A DNA stretch of 64,000 bases from Patescibacteria group bacterium (GCA_019745315.1 JAIETH010000002.1:32654-96653), one strand, 5' to 3'. Positions 39,749 through 50,099 are shown, numbered from the stretch's first letter. Notes: generated by a model from the letters alone, not told the origin. Made by a program: numbers and translations.

Positions 39749-41185
39749 TCACTCCTTCCTAACAAAAAGGGACTCGGGCATTTTATTTTCTTTAATTGCC
39801 GCAAGAATTTTTTCGCTCGTTTCTGACATAAAAGGTTTTAGAGAGACAGCAATATCATACAAGGAGGAGACAAGATACGTGATATCTTTTATTCCTTTCT
39901 CTCGATCTGTTTTTATAACCTTGAATGGTTGCTCTGTTTGAATAAACAAATCAAGAGATCCTATTTTCTGCCAAATACTATCGAGTGCCTCCCCCACATT
40001 AAATTTTTCAAAGCTATTAGCATATGCCGCCAAGGCATCCGTATCGTCTTTTATATCAACAGGTTCTTGAAGATGTGTTTCTGCCATCTTCATAATGCGG
40101 GCAGCTAAATTGCCCAATCCATTTGCAAGGTTAGCGTTATACCACTCGGTCAACTTCTCAAACGTTATGTCAGTATCCTCAAATGGGTGAACATGACGCA
40201 GGAGTAAATACCGCGTAGCCTCTGTTCCATATCGCTCCACAAGCTCAAAAGGACTAATGACATTTCCGAGCGACTTACTCATCTTCTGCCCTCCCGAAGT
40301 AATAAAGCCGTGATATACAACTTTTTTAGTCTCACTAAGACCTGCAGATTTGAGCATTGCTTGCCACATAATAGACTGAAAACGTATCTGATCTTTACCA
40401 GCCACTTGTACAGGGAAACCATTTTCCCAAAAGTTTTTATAGTTCCCGTCTGTATCTTCTGGCCACCCAAGCGTTGAAATGTAATTAGTAAGGGCGTCAA
40501 ACCATACATACATAACGTGCCCTGCATCCCCCGGCACCGGAATACCCCAGTCCATACGAGACACCTCTCTCGAGATACTAAAATCTTCGAGTCCCTGCTC
40601 TAAAAATTTCAACGCTTCAAGTCTTCGCCACTCTGGCACAATAATGCCCTCACGCGAAAGATACCCTTCTAAATACTTCTGGTAGTTACTCAGTCTAAAA
40701 AAATAGTTTTCTTCTTCAATCTCTTGTAGTTCAAGATTAGGATGGTTCGGGCACCGACCATCTACCAACTCACTCTCCTTCATGAACATCTCATCCCCCA
40801 CGCAATACAGGCCTTTGTATTTCTTTTTATAAATATCACCTGCTTTTTCACAGCGACGCCAGAGCTCTTGTGCTGCACGCACATGAGCTTCATCTGTTGT
40901 TCGAATAAAATGAATATCGGAGAGGATACCGAGTGTTGGAATTAGTTTTTTAAATTCCGCAGCATAGTGATCGACATAGTCTTGTCGAGACTTCCCCGCT
41001 TCGTCTGCTTTTTCTGCAATCTTCTGACCATGCTCATCAGTACCTGTGCTAAAAAACACCTCTCGACCACTAAGCTTAAAGTAGCGAGCAACGGCGTCCG
41101 CCTGCACAAGCTCAAGGGCGAAACCAATATGTGGGTCGCTGTTTACGTACGGCAATGTTGTCGTAAGATAAAATTTTTCTGACAT
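39749..41185 (-). CDS. metG: Methionine--tRNA ligase.
   Basis: Class I HIGH (PHIGFAL) and KMSKS motifs and a MetRS-like arrangement. Confidence 0.85.
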   Translation of the reverse strand: MSEKFYLTTTLPYVNSDPHIGFALELVQADAVARYFKLSGREVFFSTGTDEHGQKIAEKADEAGKSRQDYVDHYAAEFKKLIPTLGILSDIHFIRTTDEAHVRAAQELWRRCEKAGDIYKKKYKGLYCVGDEMFMKESELVDGRCPNHPNLELQEIEEENYFFRLSNYQKYLEGYLSREGIIVPEWRRLEALKFLEQGLEDFSISREVSRMDWGIPVPGDAGHVMYVWFDALTNYISTLGWPEDTDGNYKNFWENGFPVQVAGKDQIRFQSIMWQAMLKSAGLSETKKVVYHGFITSGGQKMSKSLGNVISPFELVERYGTEATRYLLLRHVHPFEDTDITFEKLTEWYNANLANGLGNLAARIMKMAETHLQEPVDIKDDTDALAAYANSFEKFNVGEALDSIWQKIGSLDLFIQTEQPFKVIKTDREKGIKDITYLVSSLYDIAVSLKPFMSETSEKILAAIKENKMPESLFVRKE

Positions 41186-41197
41186 GGTGTGTCGTAA

Positions 41198-42571
41198 TTA
41201 TTTTAAGGCTGCCATCAAATCTGCTATGGCAACACGCTTCTGCTCCCCTGTATCGCGATCACGTACGGTCACTGTATTATCTTCGAGCGTTTCAAAATCA
41301 ATAGTCACACACGCTGGAGTTCCAATCTCATCTTGTCTTCGGTATCGCTTACCAATATTTCCGTTATCATCCCATTCACACATCATTTCCTCTTTGAGCA
41401 TAGAGAATACCTCGCGCGCTTTCGCAACGAGCTCTGGCTTATTTTTCAAAAGAGGAAAGACAGCCACCTTGATAGGAGCAAGTTCGCGAGAAAGCTTGAG
41501 TACGGTACGCGGCTCACCGTTAAGCTCATCTTCTGTATATGCATCAGAGATGAATGCAAGGAACATACGCCCGAGACCAACTGACGTTTCCAATATCCAT
41601 GGAATATATTTCTCTCCAGTAAAAGGATCTGTGTAATTAAGATCAGTTCCTGAATGCTTCATATGCTGAGTGAGATCGTAGTCAGTACGATCATGAATAC
41701 CTTCCAATTCATCAAAGCCATATGACGGAAAATTGTACTCAATGTCCCATGCGTCCTTTGCATAAAAGACAAGATTTTCGTGCTGCTTCCACTTGAGATT
41801 TTCTTCACGAATTCCCATTTTGAGATACCACGCCCATCGCTCTTCCTTGATGCGATCATACGCCTCTTTATTTTCATGCGGCTTCACAAAAAACTGTGTA
41901 TCTGCCTGCTCAAGCTCGCGTGTGCGAAAAAGGAAGTTGCGAGGAGATATCTCGTTACGAAATGCCTTACCAATCTGTACGATACCAAACGGTACTTTTA
42001 CACGCGTCGTATCTACAACATTTTTAAAGTTTAAATAGATACCCTGACACGCTTCTCCAGGAAGATATACAGGCTCTTCGTTAGTACCCGTGAAGTCTCC
42101 CATATTTGTTTTGACCAACAAATTGAATGCGCGCACTGGAGTAAAGTCATGTGCGCCACATTTCGGACACTTTATTTTTGCTTTATGTTCATCAAACAAT
42201 GCATTGAGATCGCTCTCAGACATCTTTTCGTCTGCAGTGACACCTATTTTCCCCAATTCTTTGTCTACACGAATACGTGTATTGCACTTTCGACATTCTG
42301 AGAGTGGATCAGAAAAACCACCAGTATGTCCGGACGCCTCCCAAACACGAGGATCTTTAAACATCGCCGAATCAAGACCTACGTAGTTGTCACGTCTTTG
42401 TACATACTCTTTCCACCACTCTTTCTTGAGATTATTCAAAAGCTCAACCCCATACGGACCGAAATCATACATCCCAGCCATGCCACCATAAATCTCAGAG
42501 CCAGGGTAAATAAAACCCTTGCGTTTAGCGAAAGAAATGATCTTCTCCATCAATGCAGCATCTTTTTCCAT
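41198..42571 (-). CDS. glyQS: Glycine--tRNA ligase (dimeric class II type).
   Basis: N-terminal GFIYPGSEIYGG...YDFGPYG and a C-terminal anticodon-binding domain. Confidence 0.85.
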   Translation of the reverse strand: MEKDAALMEKIISFAKRKGFIYPGSEIYGGMAGMYDFGPYGVELLNNLKKEWWKEYVQRRDNYVGLDSAMFKDPRVWEASGHTGGFSDPLSECRKCNTRIRVDKELGKIGVTADEKMSESDLNALFDEHKAKIKCPKCGAHDFTPVRAFNLLVKTNMGDFTGTNEEPVYLPGEACQGIYLNFKNVVDTTRVKVPFGIVQIGKAFRNEISPRNFLFRTRELEQADTQFFVKPHENKEAYDRIKEERWAWYLKMGIREENLKWKQHENLVFYAKDAWDIEYNFPSYGFDELEGIHDRTDYDLTQHMKHSGTDLNYTDPFTGEKYIPWILETSVGLGRMFLAFISDAYTEDELNGEPRTVLKLSRELAPIKVAVFPLLKNKPELVAKAREVFSMLKEEMMCEWDDNGNIGKRYRRQDEIGTPACVTIDFETLEDNTVTVRDRDTGEQKRVAIADLMAALK

Positions 42572-42609
42572 ATATCCACGTTATACCATATTTGACCCTG
42601 GCTGCGTAC

Positions 42610-44559
42610 TTAGTCTCTCTTTGGCTCTACCTGCCCCTCTTCATTCGCGTACTTCGGATCAAGTGAGAGTTTTGTGGTCAGTGCTGGAGCCTCAGAGCGA
42701 AGTGTTGTGCCTGTGAAGCGATCAGTCGCCCTGAAGCGCTGCTCTTCAAGGAGAGTGAGGCTTTGCCCAACCTGGTTTGTGCTTGGTTTGAGAGATATTT
42801 GAAGCGAAGCTTCCTTTGTCCCCCGCGCAGCAATGCTTCCTACGTCCCATGTCACTTCGCGCGTTGATGGATTATAGGTAAACGCGTCAGATGGAGATGA
42901 TATATCAAGCCATGTCACGTATTGAGGAAGGCGCGCAGTCACAACACCATCGGTAACAGCATTGGTACCATTTTGTACACTCATACGAAGTGTAAACGTA
43001 GACACCGACTCAGCACGCGGAGGCACAGGACCCGTATTGGTGAAAGCTCCTATGCTATAGAGAGCAGCTGAAGAAACGGATGCAACGCTCTCTACTTTGA
43101 TACTCCGCTCTACCGTACCAGAGAGCCGCTCTGATACATTTCCTTCAGATACTCGATTCCCCAAAGCACTCACCTTGAATGTAATTTGGGGAGTTCGATC
43201 GTCTTGTGATTGTGGACTCAAAGAAAAACGCACTGTGCTCGAATCTCCTGGCTGCAATGCATTCAATGAATCAGTATCTGCGCTCGTCCACTTAATAGTA
43301 TTTTGTGATGAATCATAATATCCATCGCTTACACTGATCTCAGAACGTCCAAGTCCGCTTCCCGACAAATCAACAGTGATGACTCCATCATAGAGCGTTG
43401 TCGAAAGTGTATTTTCTAGGTCAATAACCACCTGCGCGGTAGCACCCGGAGCAATAGCAACTTCAGCTGAATCAGAACCATTTATATCTACCGACATATC
43501 AAGGAATGGTTCCTCAATTTGTATCTCTTCTTTTTGAACACTAAATACAGACGCCATGCTCCATATATCTCGCTCATTCGGTACTCCTACTGAGAAGGTA
43601 AATACTTTTGTTTCGTCTTGCGCTCCAATGAGAGAACCTTTTATAGAAATTACTTGCTTTTCCTGAGGCTTAAGGTTGCTGATACCCCAGGTATCCCGGC
43701 CAGAAGCTGGGCTTGGTTTTGACTCAATAAAATCAAACCCTTGCGGAGACTCCATCTTAAGAAGCGCTCTTTCAATCTCACTTGGAGAATTTGAAGTCAC
43801 TGTCACTTCAAATTCTACATCTTGTCCGGACGCGCTTTTTGAAACCTGCTCTACAGAGAGGACTATAGGAGACGAACTAATAGTAAAGCGATATGGAGGA
43901 TCAACTTCTTTATAGAACGTTGCATTCGATCCCTCAACGCGATACTCCATAGATATAAGCACTTTCTTTTCTTCGTTTTCTTCCCCAAAGACACGAGCGG
44001 AGAGTGGAATATTAGTAACCTCTCCAGGCTTCAATGGTGCAAGCGGTTTTCGATCGCGAGTAAGTTCTTTTCCACCTTCTTCGGCCGACTGCGTTCCGTA
44101 TGGATACTCAACAATAAGAGTCGCTGATTCAATGGTAACAGCGTTTTTATTTGAGATAGTAACTTGAAAATCTAATTCCTCTCCACCACCCACAACCGAG
44201 GGACCATTTACTTCAATGTCAATATTCTTTCCTGATATCTCATTCTTGCCAAAAAGCAAAAATGAGCCTGAAAGAAGGAGTGCAACACAGAAGAATATTA
44301 ATCCTCCAACAATAATCTTTATGCGATACGATCGTTTATTTTTTTTCATAGATAAAGAAAGATCTTGAAAAGCAGCAACGGGTGCTGGTGGCGTGTATTC
44401 CACCGGCATATCCATTCGCCACTCCGCTGCTACCTCATGAGGTTCGTCTTTCAGCTCTTTTCTGACCTGTGATTCTGGAGGTCGAGTTCGTGAATATAAC
44501 CGCTCGCGCAACTCGCGCAAACGCTCTTCGTGACCTCCCTCAACCTCTTTTTCTTTCAT
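42610..44559 (-). CDS. Large membrane-anchored protein with a beta-rich extracytoplasmic region; function unknown.
   Basis: A cytoplasmic N-terminus of about 75 aa, one TM (IIVGGLIFFCVALLLSGSF), and then about 550 aa of repetitive beta-like sequence. Confidence 0.5.
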   Translation of the reverse strand: MKEKEVEGGHEERLRELRERLYSRTRPPESQVRKELKDEPHEVAAEWRMDMPVEYTPPAPVAAFQDLSLSMKKNKRSYRIKIIVGGLIFFCVALLLSGSFLLFGKNEISGKNIDIEVNGPSVVGGGEELDFQVTISNKNAVTIESATLIVEYPYGTQSAEEGGKELTRDRKPLAPLKPGEVTNIPLSARVFGEENEEKKVLISMEYRVEGSNATFYKEVDPPYRFTISSSPIVLSVEQVSKSASGQDVEFEVTVTSNSPSEIERALLKMESPQGFDFIESKPSPASGRDTWGISNLKPQEKQVISIKGSLIGAQDETKVFTFSVGVPNERDIWSMASVFSVQKEEIQIEEPFLDMSVDINGSDSAEVAIAPGATAQVVIDLENTLSTTLYDGVITVDLSGSGLGRSEISVSDGYYDSSQNTIKWTSADTDSLNALQPGDSSTVRFSLSPQSQDDRTPQITFKVSALGNRVSEGNVSERLSGTVERSIKVESVASVSSAALYSIGAFTNTGPVPPRAESVSTFTLRMSVQNGTNAVTDGVVTARLPQYVTWLDISSPSDAFTYNPSTREVTWDVGSIAARGTKEASLQISLKPSTNQVGQSLTLLEEQRFRATDRFTGTTLRSEAPALTTKLSLDPKYANEEGQVEPKRD

Positions 44560-44587
44560 GCCTATAAGTATATCACTGATGTTCTCC

Positions 44588-45172
44588 TTACAAGTGGCTC
44601 AACGTCAACGCATTTTCGATAGTTTTCTCGAGTACTGGTACAGAAAAATCTTCACTTTGCACACAAATACATGCTTCCTCGAATGTAGCCGCCGAAAGAA
44701 GCCGTGCGTACGAAGCGTGTGGCGATACATATCCCAAGTGACTCAAAAGTCGTAGCAAGAAAACGCGTTCACCAAGAGGATGCTCCGCCGCCCCCAATAC
44801 GTACATACCATCAACGACCTCAGTAAATAACTCAGGGTGACGACCGCCTCCCTGAACAAAGCGAGATAGTGAGCGTGTACCAGCCAGTACGGCAGCCCGA
44901 GCGGCGCGAGTACGCGCTTTATAATAAAAATTATCAAGGGCAACGGCGCCGATCACTCGCCACTCAGATCTCCCTCGAACCAATGTCACTTTGGCATATG
45001 AAAAATCCTGAAGACCATATCTCAGTTTTGAAATATGCGCTCGCGTCCCGCCTGCGCGCGCATAGAGCATTCCTCCCTCTTTTGTAAAAAGACGGAGCGT
45101 ACGATCGTGCTCTTTGTCAGAAAATGATCCGCAAACAATTGCTTCTGTGGTATATGTCTCAAAGGTGGCCAT
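44588..45172 (-). CDS. recO: DNA repair protein RecO, short form.
   Basis: An N-terminal OB-like region with the G...A.A.G.R....K.R...LQ.F pattern. Moderate similarity. Confidence 0.5.
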   Translation of the reverse strand: MATFETYTTEAIVCGSFSDKEHDRTLRLFTKEGGMLYARAGGTRAHISKLRYGLQDFSYAKVTLVRGRSEWRVIGAVALDNFYYKARTRAARAAVLAGTRSLSRFVQGGGRHPELFTEVVDGMYVLGAAEHPLGERVFLLRLLSHLGYVSPHASYARLLSAATFEEACICVQSEDFSVPVLEKTIENALTLSHL

Positions 45173-45183
45173 GACGCCCTCTA

Positions 45184-48100
45184 TTATACCAAGGTCACTC
45201 GATATGTTCGTTGATCAAGAGTGAGGGCTTCTCCGTCAGAAGAATCAAAACGAATATCTGTAGCATTCACCGTACGTGCAATCATATCTCTATACTCTGC
45301 CACTATGCTCTGACCCTCTCCATCAGTGTCTACAACAAGAACAATACCGTCTTGTGGCGCGTACCCTGACTGCTTTCGTAATTCTTGAATATGGCGCATA
45401 AGATCTCGCACCTCCCCTTCACGCGCGAGTTCTGGTGTGATCTCTGAATCAAGGGCAACCTCGCTTAATAGGGACTGGTCTTCTACGATCTGTTTTACAT
45501 TCACCTCTTCCTTGATCAATATGAGAAGATCTTCTGTATTTAAATACTCAGCACTCTTGATGCGAAGTGTTTGAAGAGGCTGACGAACTTTTACTCCCAC
45601 CTCATTACGAGCCTCAAGCGCCAAAGATACAACATCTCGTACTTTTTGCATTGCGCGCAAATCTTCTTCTTTTGGAGAAATTGAAATTGAAGGCCATGAT
45701 GCAAGGTGCACACTTATAGGATCAGCTTCTTCGCGCACAACTTGGAATAGGTGCTCAGCAAAAAACGGCATCGCCGGAGCCATCACAAGTGATAGCGTTT
45801 TAAGAATATAACGAAGCGTTGCAAGTGTTGCTCGTTGATCTTCCTCTCCCCCATACTTCAATCGCTCACGTGAGCGTCGCAAATACCACACCGAGAGATC
45901 GTCAATAAAGCCAGTAATTGGTCGCGTTGCTCGATCAAGCTCATACTCTTCCATACCGAGAGTTACATCCGCGACCACCTCTGACATCCGCATCAATATC
46001 CACGTATCAAGTACATGTGTTGAACCAAGCGCTTCTCCTGCTGGCACATCAGACTCTTTATACAACTCATAGAATGAAAGCACATTAGCCAAACGACCAA
46101 TGTTTTTGCGCCCAAGCTCAGCAAGACTTTTTTCAGAAAAGTTAAGATCTTCACCTCGAATGATTGGAGACGAGAGTAGATAAAAACGAAGTGTGTCTGC
46201 GCCATAGACATCAACAACATCCATGGGATCAGGATAGTTTTTTAGCTTCTTTGACATCTTGCGCCCGTCTTCAGCTAACACCAATCCGTTCACAATAACG
46301 TTCTTATATGGCGATCTTCCAAAAAGAGCTGTTCCAAGTACGATAAGAGAATAAAACCACCCACGAGTTTGATCTACTCCTTCCGCAATAAAATCAGCAG
46401 GATACCCTATTTCTTTCTCTGGGTTAAAACGATCAGTATTTTCAAATGGATAATGCTGTTCTCCATATGGCATCGAGCCCGATTCAAACCAACAGTCAAA
46501 TACATCTGGTACGCGTACGAGTGTTTCTCCATCAGTATCTAGAAGTTTAATTTCATCAATATACGGGCGGTGATAATCAAGTTCGTAATTTCGATTATGC
46601 GGCAATGGTACAAACTGAAGCTCTCGCACCTCTGCATTTGTAAAATACTCGCCTGAGTTACGCATCAGTTCGGTCTTATCTATATCTGCACCGAGAGCCA
46701 CCGACTCAAGTCCAAAGAGAGGCCCTGCGTGACTAATGATAAGGATATTCTTGCCCTTAAACTTCGCATCAATATCATAGAGAAATTCACCCACCCTTTT
46801 CTGTACATCCCGACGATTTTCAAGATTCCCAATTTTTGTGAGATATCGTGATTTCCAATCAGGAAAAAGTGCACTGTGTTCTGCCCATGTCTTCCCTTCA
46901 AAATCAGGACCGATCTGCATTTCACCAATTCGATCGTCTTCAATCATCGCTGAATCAGGAAGGTTAAAATGTTTCTGCAAAATTTCTGCAGTTTGTTTTG
47001 TGCGCTCGTAACCAGAGTGGATGATGAGATCGATTTTTTTATCTTTGTACTCTCCCGCAACCTTCTCTACCTGCTCTATCCCTTTTTGTGTCAAAGGATT
47101 GTGAGCCTCCTTTTTGGTACTTACTACGTCAGCCGCATTGCTTTCAGCTTCGCCGTGACGCATGAGGAAATACTGATTACCAGACTTTGGCACATGTGAC
47201 GCAAGCTCCTCGAGTGAGCCAAATACTTTATAGGTATTTGCTTTTTTGTTTTTCCATACCGGAAGCGGTGCTCCCCAATACCGCTGACGAGAGACCGCCC
47301 AATCACGTGCGCCCTCAAGCCAATTTCCAAAACGAGCTGAACCAATATGTTCTGGCACCCATCCAACTTTCGAATTTTCTTCTACGAGCTTATCTTTAAA
47401 ATCGGTAACCCGCACAAACCATGAAGACGTTGCATAGTTAAGAAGTGGTGTCTCACAACGCCAACAGTGCGGATAGCTGTGCACAATGTTTTCTTTTCCA
47501 AAAAGGCGTCCGCGCTCTTTAAGCATCTTTAAGATCAAAACATCTGCATCGGTATGAAGAATGCTCTTCTCAGAATCATCTTTCGGCTTCACAGGGCGCC
47601 CAGAGAGATCAGTAATATGCGACATGAAGTTCCCTTCTGTATCTACATGATGTACTACTGGAATTTCTTCCTTTTGTGCAAGAACAAGATCTTCTTCTCC
47701 GTATGCAGGAGCCAAATGCACTGCGCCTGTTCCGCTTTCAAGTGTTACATAATCAGCATGATAAATTTTCCATGCATTTGTTTTATTCTCTATATCGCGA
47801 TCAGCATAATATTCAAATGGAGGTATGTATGATTTTCCAACTAACTCTGAACCCTTAAACTCTTCCACTATTGAATAGTCTTCAGTCCCGAGCTGAGAAA
47901 TTCGCTCTTTCGCAAGAATAACAAAATCTTTTTTCCCTTCTAGAGAAACTTCAACCTTTACATACTCGTGGTCATTATGAACGGCAGCTGCCATATTGCC
48001 TGGAAGCGTCCACGGTGTAGTTGTCCACACAAGAAGAGACGTATCAGTCACCTCGCGAGCCTCATCCAGAAGCGGAAGCTTCACAGTAACCGCAATATCT

Positions 48101-48735
48101 TTTATATCTTTATAGCCCTGGTTTACTTCAAAGTTTGAAAGTGTGGTGCCGCAACGGGGGCAGAAGTGCATGGACTTAAATCCTTCGTATACCAACCCTT
48201 TTTTATTAAGCTCAGAAAAAACCCACCACACACTTTCAGTGTATGACGCATCCATTGTCTTATAGTCATCGTCCATATCAGCCCAACGACCGAGGCGCGG
48301 AATGATACGCTTCCAATCATCCGCATACTCCATCACAGTATCAGCACATGCTTGATTGAATTTCTCTACCCCAAGCTCTTCAATATCTCTTTTAGTAGCA
48401 AGTCCGAGCTTTTTCTCGATGATGTTTTCAAGAGGGAGTCCGTGACAGTCCCATCCCCACTTACGAGTGACATGATATCCGCGCATCGTTCTATAGCGTG
48501 GAATGGTGTCCTTAATAGTTCCTGCAAGAATATGTCCGTGATGCGGAAGCCCAGTTGCAAACGGTGGCCCGTCATAAAAAACGTATTCACCAAGCGGAGA
48601 TTCTTTTTCTAATGACTTTTCAAAAATCTTTTCTGTATTCCAAAACGCAAGAACAGCTTCCTCACGCAAAGCGACATCACTCACCTTTTTTTCTGTTGTA
48701 GTATCTGGTGTTTTTTCCATAACAAATCCCCCCAC
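45184..48735 (-). CDS. ileS: Isoleucine--tRNA ligase (type 2) with an inserted histidine-phosphatase (PGAM-like) domain.
   Basis: Shows HIGH (PHHGHIL), the editing domain, WCISR-like RDWAVSRQRYWG, KMSKK and the C-terminal domains. About 195 extra residues with LMRHGEAESN and ILIISHAGPL motifs are inserted between PLPVW and YHRPYIDE. The likely true start is MEKTP at 48720. Confidence 0.85.
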   Translation of the reverse strand: MGGFVMEKTPDTTTEKKVSDVALREEAVLAFWNTEKIFEKSLEKESPLGEYVFYDGPPFATGLPHHGHILAGTIKDTIPRYRTMRGYHVTRKWGWDCHGLPLENIIEKKLGLATKRDIEELGVEKFNQACADTVMEYADDWKRIIPRLGRWADMDDDYKTMDASYTESVWWVFSELNKKGLVYEGFKSMHFCPRCGTTLSNFEVNQGYKDIKDIAVTVKLPLLDEAREVTDTSLLVWTTTPWTLPGNMAAAVHNDHEYVKVEVSLEGKKDFVILAKERISQLGTEDYSIVEEFKGSELVGKSYIPPFEYYADRDIENKTNAWKIYHADYVTLESGTGAVHLAPAYGEEDLVLAQKEEIPVVHHVDTEGNFMSHITDLSGRPVKPKDDSEKSILHTDADVLILKMLKERGRLFGKENIVHSYPHCWRCETPLLNYATSSWFVRVTDFKDKLVEENSKVGWVPEHIGSARFGNWLEGARDWAVSRQRYWGAPLPVWKNKKANTYKVFGSLEELASHVPKSGNQYFLMRHGEAESNAADVVSTKKEAHNPLTQKGIEQVEKVAGEYKDKKIDLIIHSGYERTKQTAEILQKHFNLPDSAMIEDDRIGEMQIGPDFEGKTWAEHSALFPDWKSRYLTKIGNLENRRDVQKRVGEFLYDIDAKFKGKNILIISHAGPLFGLESVALGADIDKTELMRNSGEYFTNAEVRELQFVPLPHNRNYELDYHRPYIDEIKLLDTDGETLVRVPDVFDCWFESGSMPYGEQHYPFENTDRFNPEKEIGYPADFIAEGVDQTRGWFYSLIVLGTALFGRSPYKNVIVNGLVLAEDGRKMSKKLKNYPDPMDVVDVYGADTLRFYLLSSPIIRGEDLNFSEKSLAELGRKNIGRLANVLSFYELYKESDVPAGEALGSTHVLDTWILMRMSEVVADVTLGMEEYELDRATRPITGFIDDLSVWYLRRSRERLKYGGEEDQRATLATLRYILKTLSLVMAPAMPFFAEHLFQVVREEADPISVHLASWPSISISPKEEDLRAMQKVRDVVSLALEARNEVGVKVRQPLQTLRIKSAEYLNTEDLLILIKEEVNVKQIVEDQSLLSEVALDSEITPELAREGEVRDLMRHIQELRKQSGYAPQDGIVLVVDTDGEGQSIVAEYRDMIARTVNATDIRFDSSDGEALTLDQRTYRVTLV

Positions 48736-48788
48736 CTCCCTAGGCTTTTCATAGTACCACTATCTCAGGAAGGCATCAAAAATGACGC

Positions 48789-49877
48789 TTATTTCACGAG
48801 GGTTATAAGCGGACGCTTTGTGGCTTCTGTCACAATGGTAAACGTCTCGCTCCCAAGTATCTGCCTCCGCTCAGTCTCTACAATACAGCGCCACAAACCA
48901 TCATGAACATTGGTTACATACGTATATCCTCTATATCCTCGCTCATTTCCTCCTGAAATAGTAAATGGGATTCTGCTTTGAGTGACCCACTCGCCACTCG
49001 TCTCATTAAAGTACTGCCAGTGATGAAATATTCTGAGTGAAAATGAGGTCGGCGCAAATACAGAGGTGAAGCAGTGAACCTCATCCCCCTTTGTGTATCG
49101 ATACGTTGTGTCAGCATCGCGCCAAAACTTATACCACGGAGCTTCCTCGTATGTAAGACGATAACTTCCGTCTTCAATTTTTTCAACCTGATGATAGATG
49201 TCTATATTTTTAAGTGAAAGCGGAATAGGCGGAATAATGTTTCCAAAATATAAAAAATTAAGAACAGCAAAAATGATGCCGAGGGAAAATATAATATTGC
49301 GGATATGAAGCTCAATAAAATTTGGGACAATAAGACGTAAGAGTCGTAGGTACAAAAATATAACAATGAGCGCCAATGTCCCGCTTCCTACAAAAACCCA
49401 TGGCCCCATTTTCTTAACAAGAACTGGTACAAACAAAATACAGTATGAAAAAATACCTAAGAAAAATATTGAAAGATTGAGGAGCAACCTCTCCGCTCGA
49501 TCACGCACCATCTCATTCCCTATCATCACACCAAGAACAAGTACGAGAAATGGCCACGAAACCGACCATGAGCCACTTTGGCTATAAAAAACAAGTGTTC
49601 CTGAAAGAAGTGAACCGAAACTAAATTGCACCAAAAGTGGCGCGTACCGCAATACAAAGGCTCGCATTTTTTCTCCTAACTTATCTGCAGTAGCGGCATA
49701 GAGAAGCGCTAAATTAGTGCCGGCATTCAATATATGCGCGAGCAAAATTCCCATTGCAAAAAACTGATCGACGCGTCCGAGCGTTAAAATATCGACAACA
49801 AAACCTCCAACAAAGGCAATGGTGAGCCACCACTGTTTTAGTTTTTGCGCTTTATCGTAATACGAACGAAATACCAT
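48789..49877 (-). CDS. Multi-pass membrane protein with a C-terminal soluble domain; function unknown.
   Basis: About 8 TM helices and a 130-aa C-terminal domain. Confidence 0.5.
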   Translation of the reverse strand: MVFRSYYDKAQKLKQWWLTIAFVGGFVVDILTLGRVDQFFAMGILLAHILNAGTNLALLYAATADKLGEKMRAFVLRYAPLLVQFSFGSLLSGTLVFYSQSGSWSVSWPFLVLVLGVMIGNEMVRDRAERLLLNLSIFFLGIFSYCILFVPVLVKKMGPWVFVGSGTLALIVIFLYLRLLRLIVPNFIELHIRNIIFSLGIIFAVLNFLYFGNIIPPIPLSLKNIDIYHQVEKIEDGSYRLTYEEAPWYKFWRDADTTYRYTKGDEVHCFTSVFAPTSFSLRIFHHWQYFNETSGEWVTQSRIPFTISGGNERGYRGYTYVTNVHDGLWRCIVETERRQILGSETFTIVTEATKRPLITLVK

Positions 49878-49940
49878 TTCTTCTATTGTATGACCAAAGC
49901 CTCGCGTTACAAACAGACTTTTAGAATAGAAAAAGAACGG

Positions 49941-49972
49941 CGTATGTGCCGTCCTTGGAATTGATGCCAGGG
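49941..49972 (-). terminator. Intrinsic terminator (ggacggc-acatac-gccgttc followed by a T-run) after the small basic protein gene.
   Basis: Read directly on the minus strand. Confidence 0.5.
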
Positions 49973-49973
49973 C

Positions 49974-50099
49974 CTACTTGTCGCGGCGCGGGCGACCGCC
50001 GCCGCACTTGCGACGCGTGCCGACGACGCGATGCGGGTTGGTCAGATTGCCGAACACCTGCCTGCCACGATTGCGGAACTTCTTGCCCTTGATGGTCAT
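49974..50099 (-). CDS. Small basic protein of 41 aa (MTIKGKKFRNRGRQVFGNLTNPHRVVGTRRKCGGGRPRRDK), possibly a ribosomal or nucleic-acid-binding protein.
   Basis: A GC-rich ORF that is not in the supplied track (under 60 aa). It is preceded by GGGAGG-N6-ATG and a TTGACA-N17-TATAAA promoter, and followed by a terminator. The overlapping plus-strand ORF 49978-50220 looks spurious. Confidence 0.45.
   Translation of the reverse strand: MTIKGKKFRNRGRQVFGNLTNPHRVVGTRRKCGGGRPRRDK

Noticed and set aside
46560-47250. Intein or frameshift explanation for the extra length of ileS.
   Set aside because: The reading frame is continuous. There are no intein splice motifs (N-terminal Cys/Ser and a C-terminal HN are absent at the junctions). 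The insert has histidine-phosphatase motifs instead.
48700-48735. GGAGGTG 12 nt upstream of the MEKTP start of ileS, taken as evidence against the anti-SD-loss hypothesis.
   Set aside because: It is a single occurrence with long spacing. All other native starts inspected lack SDs, so chance is the simpler explanation. It is kept as a caveat rather than a refutation.
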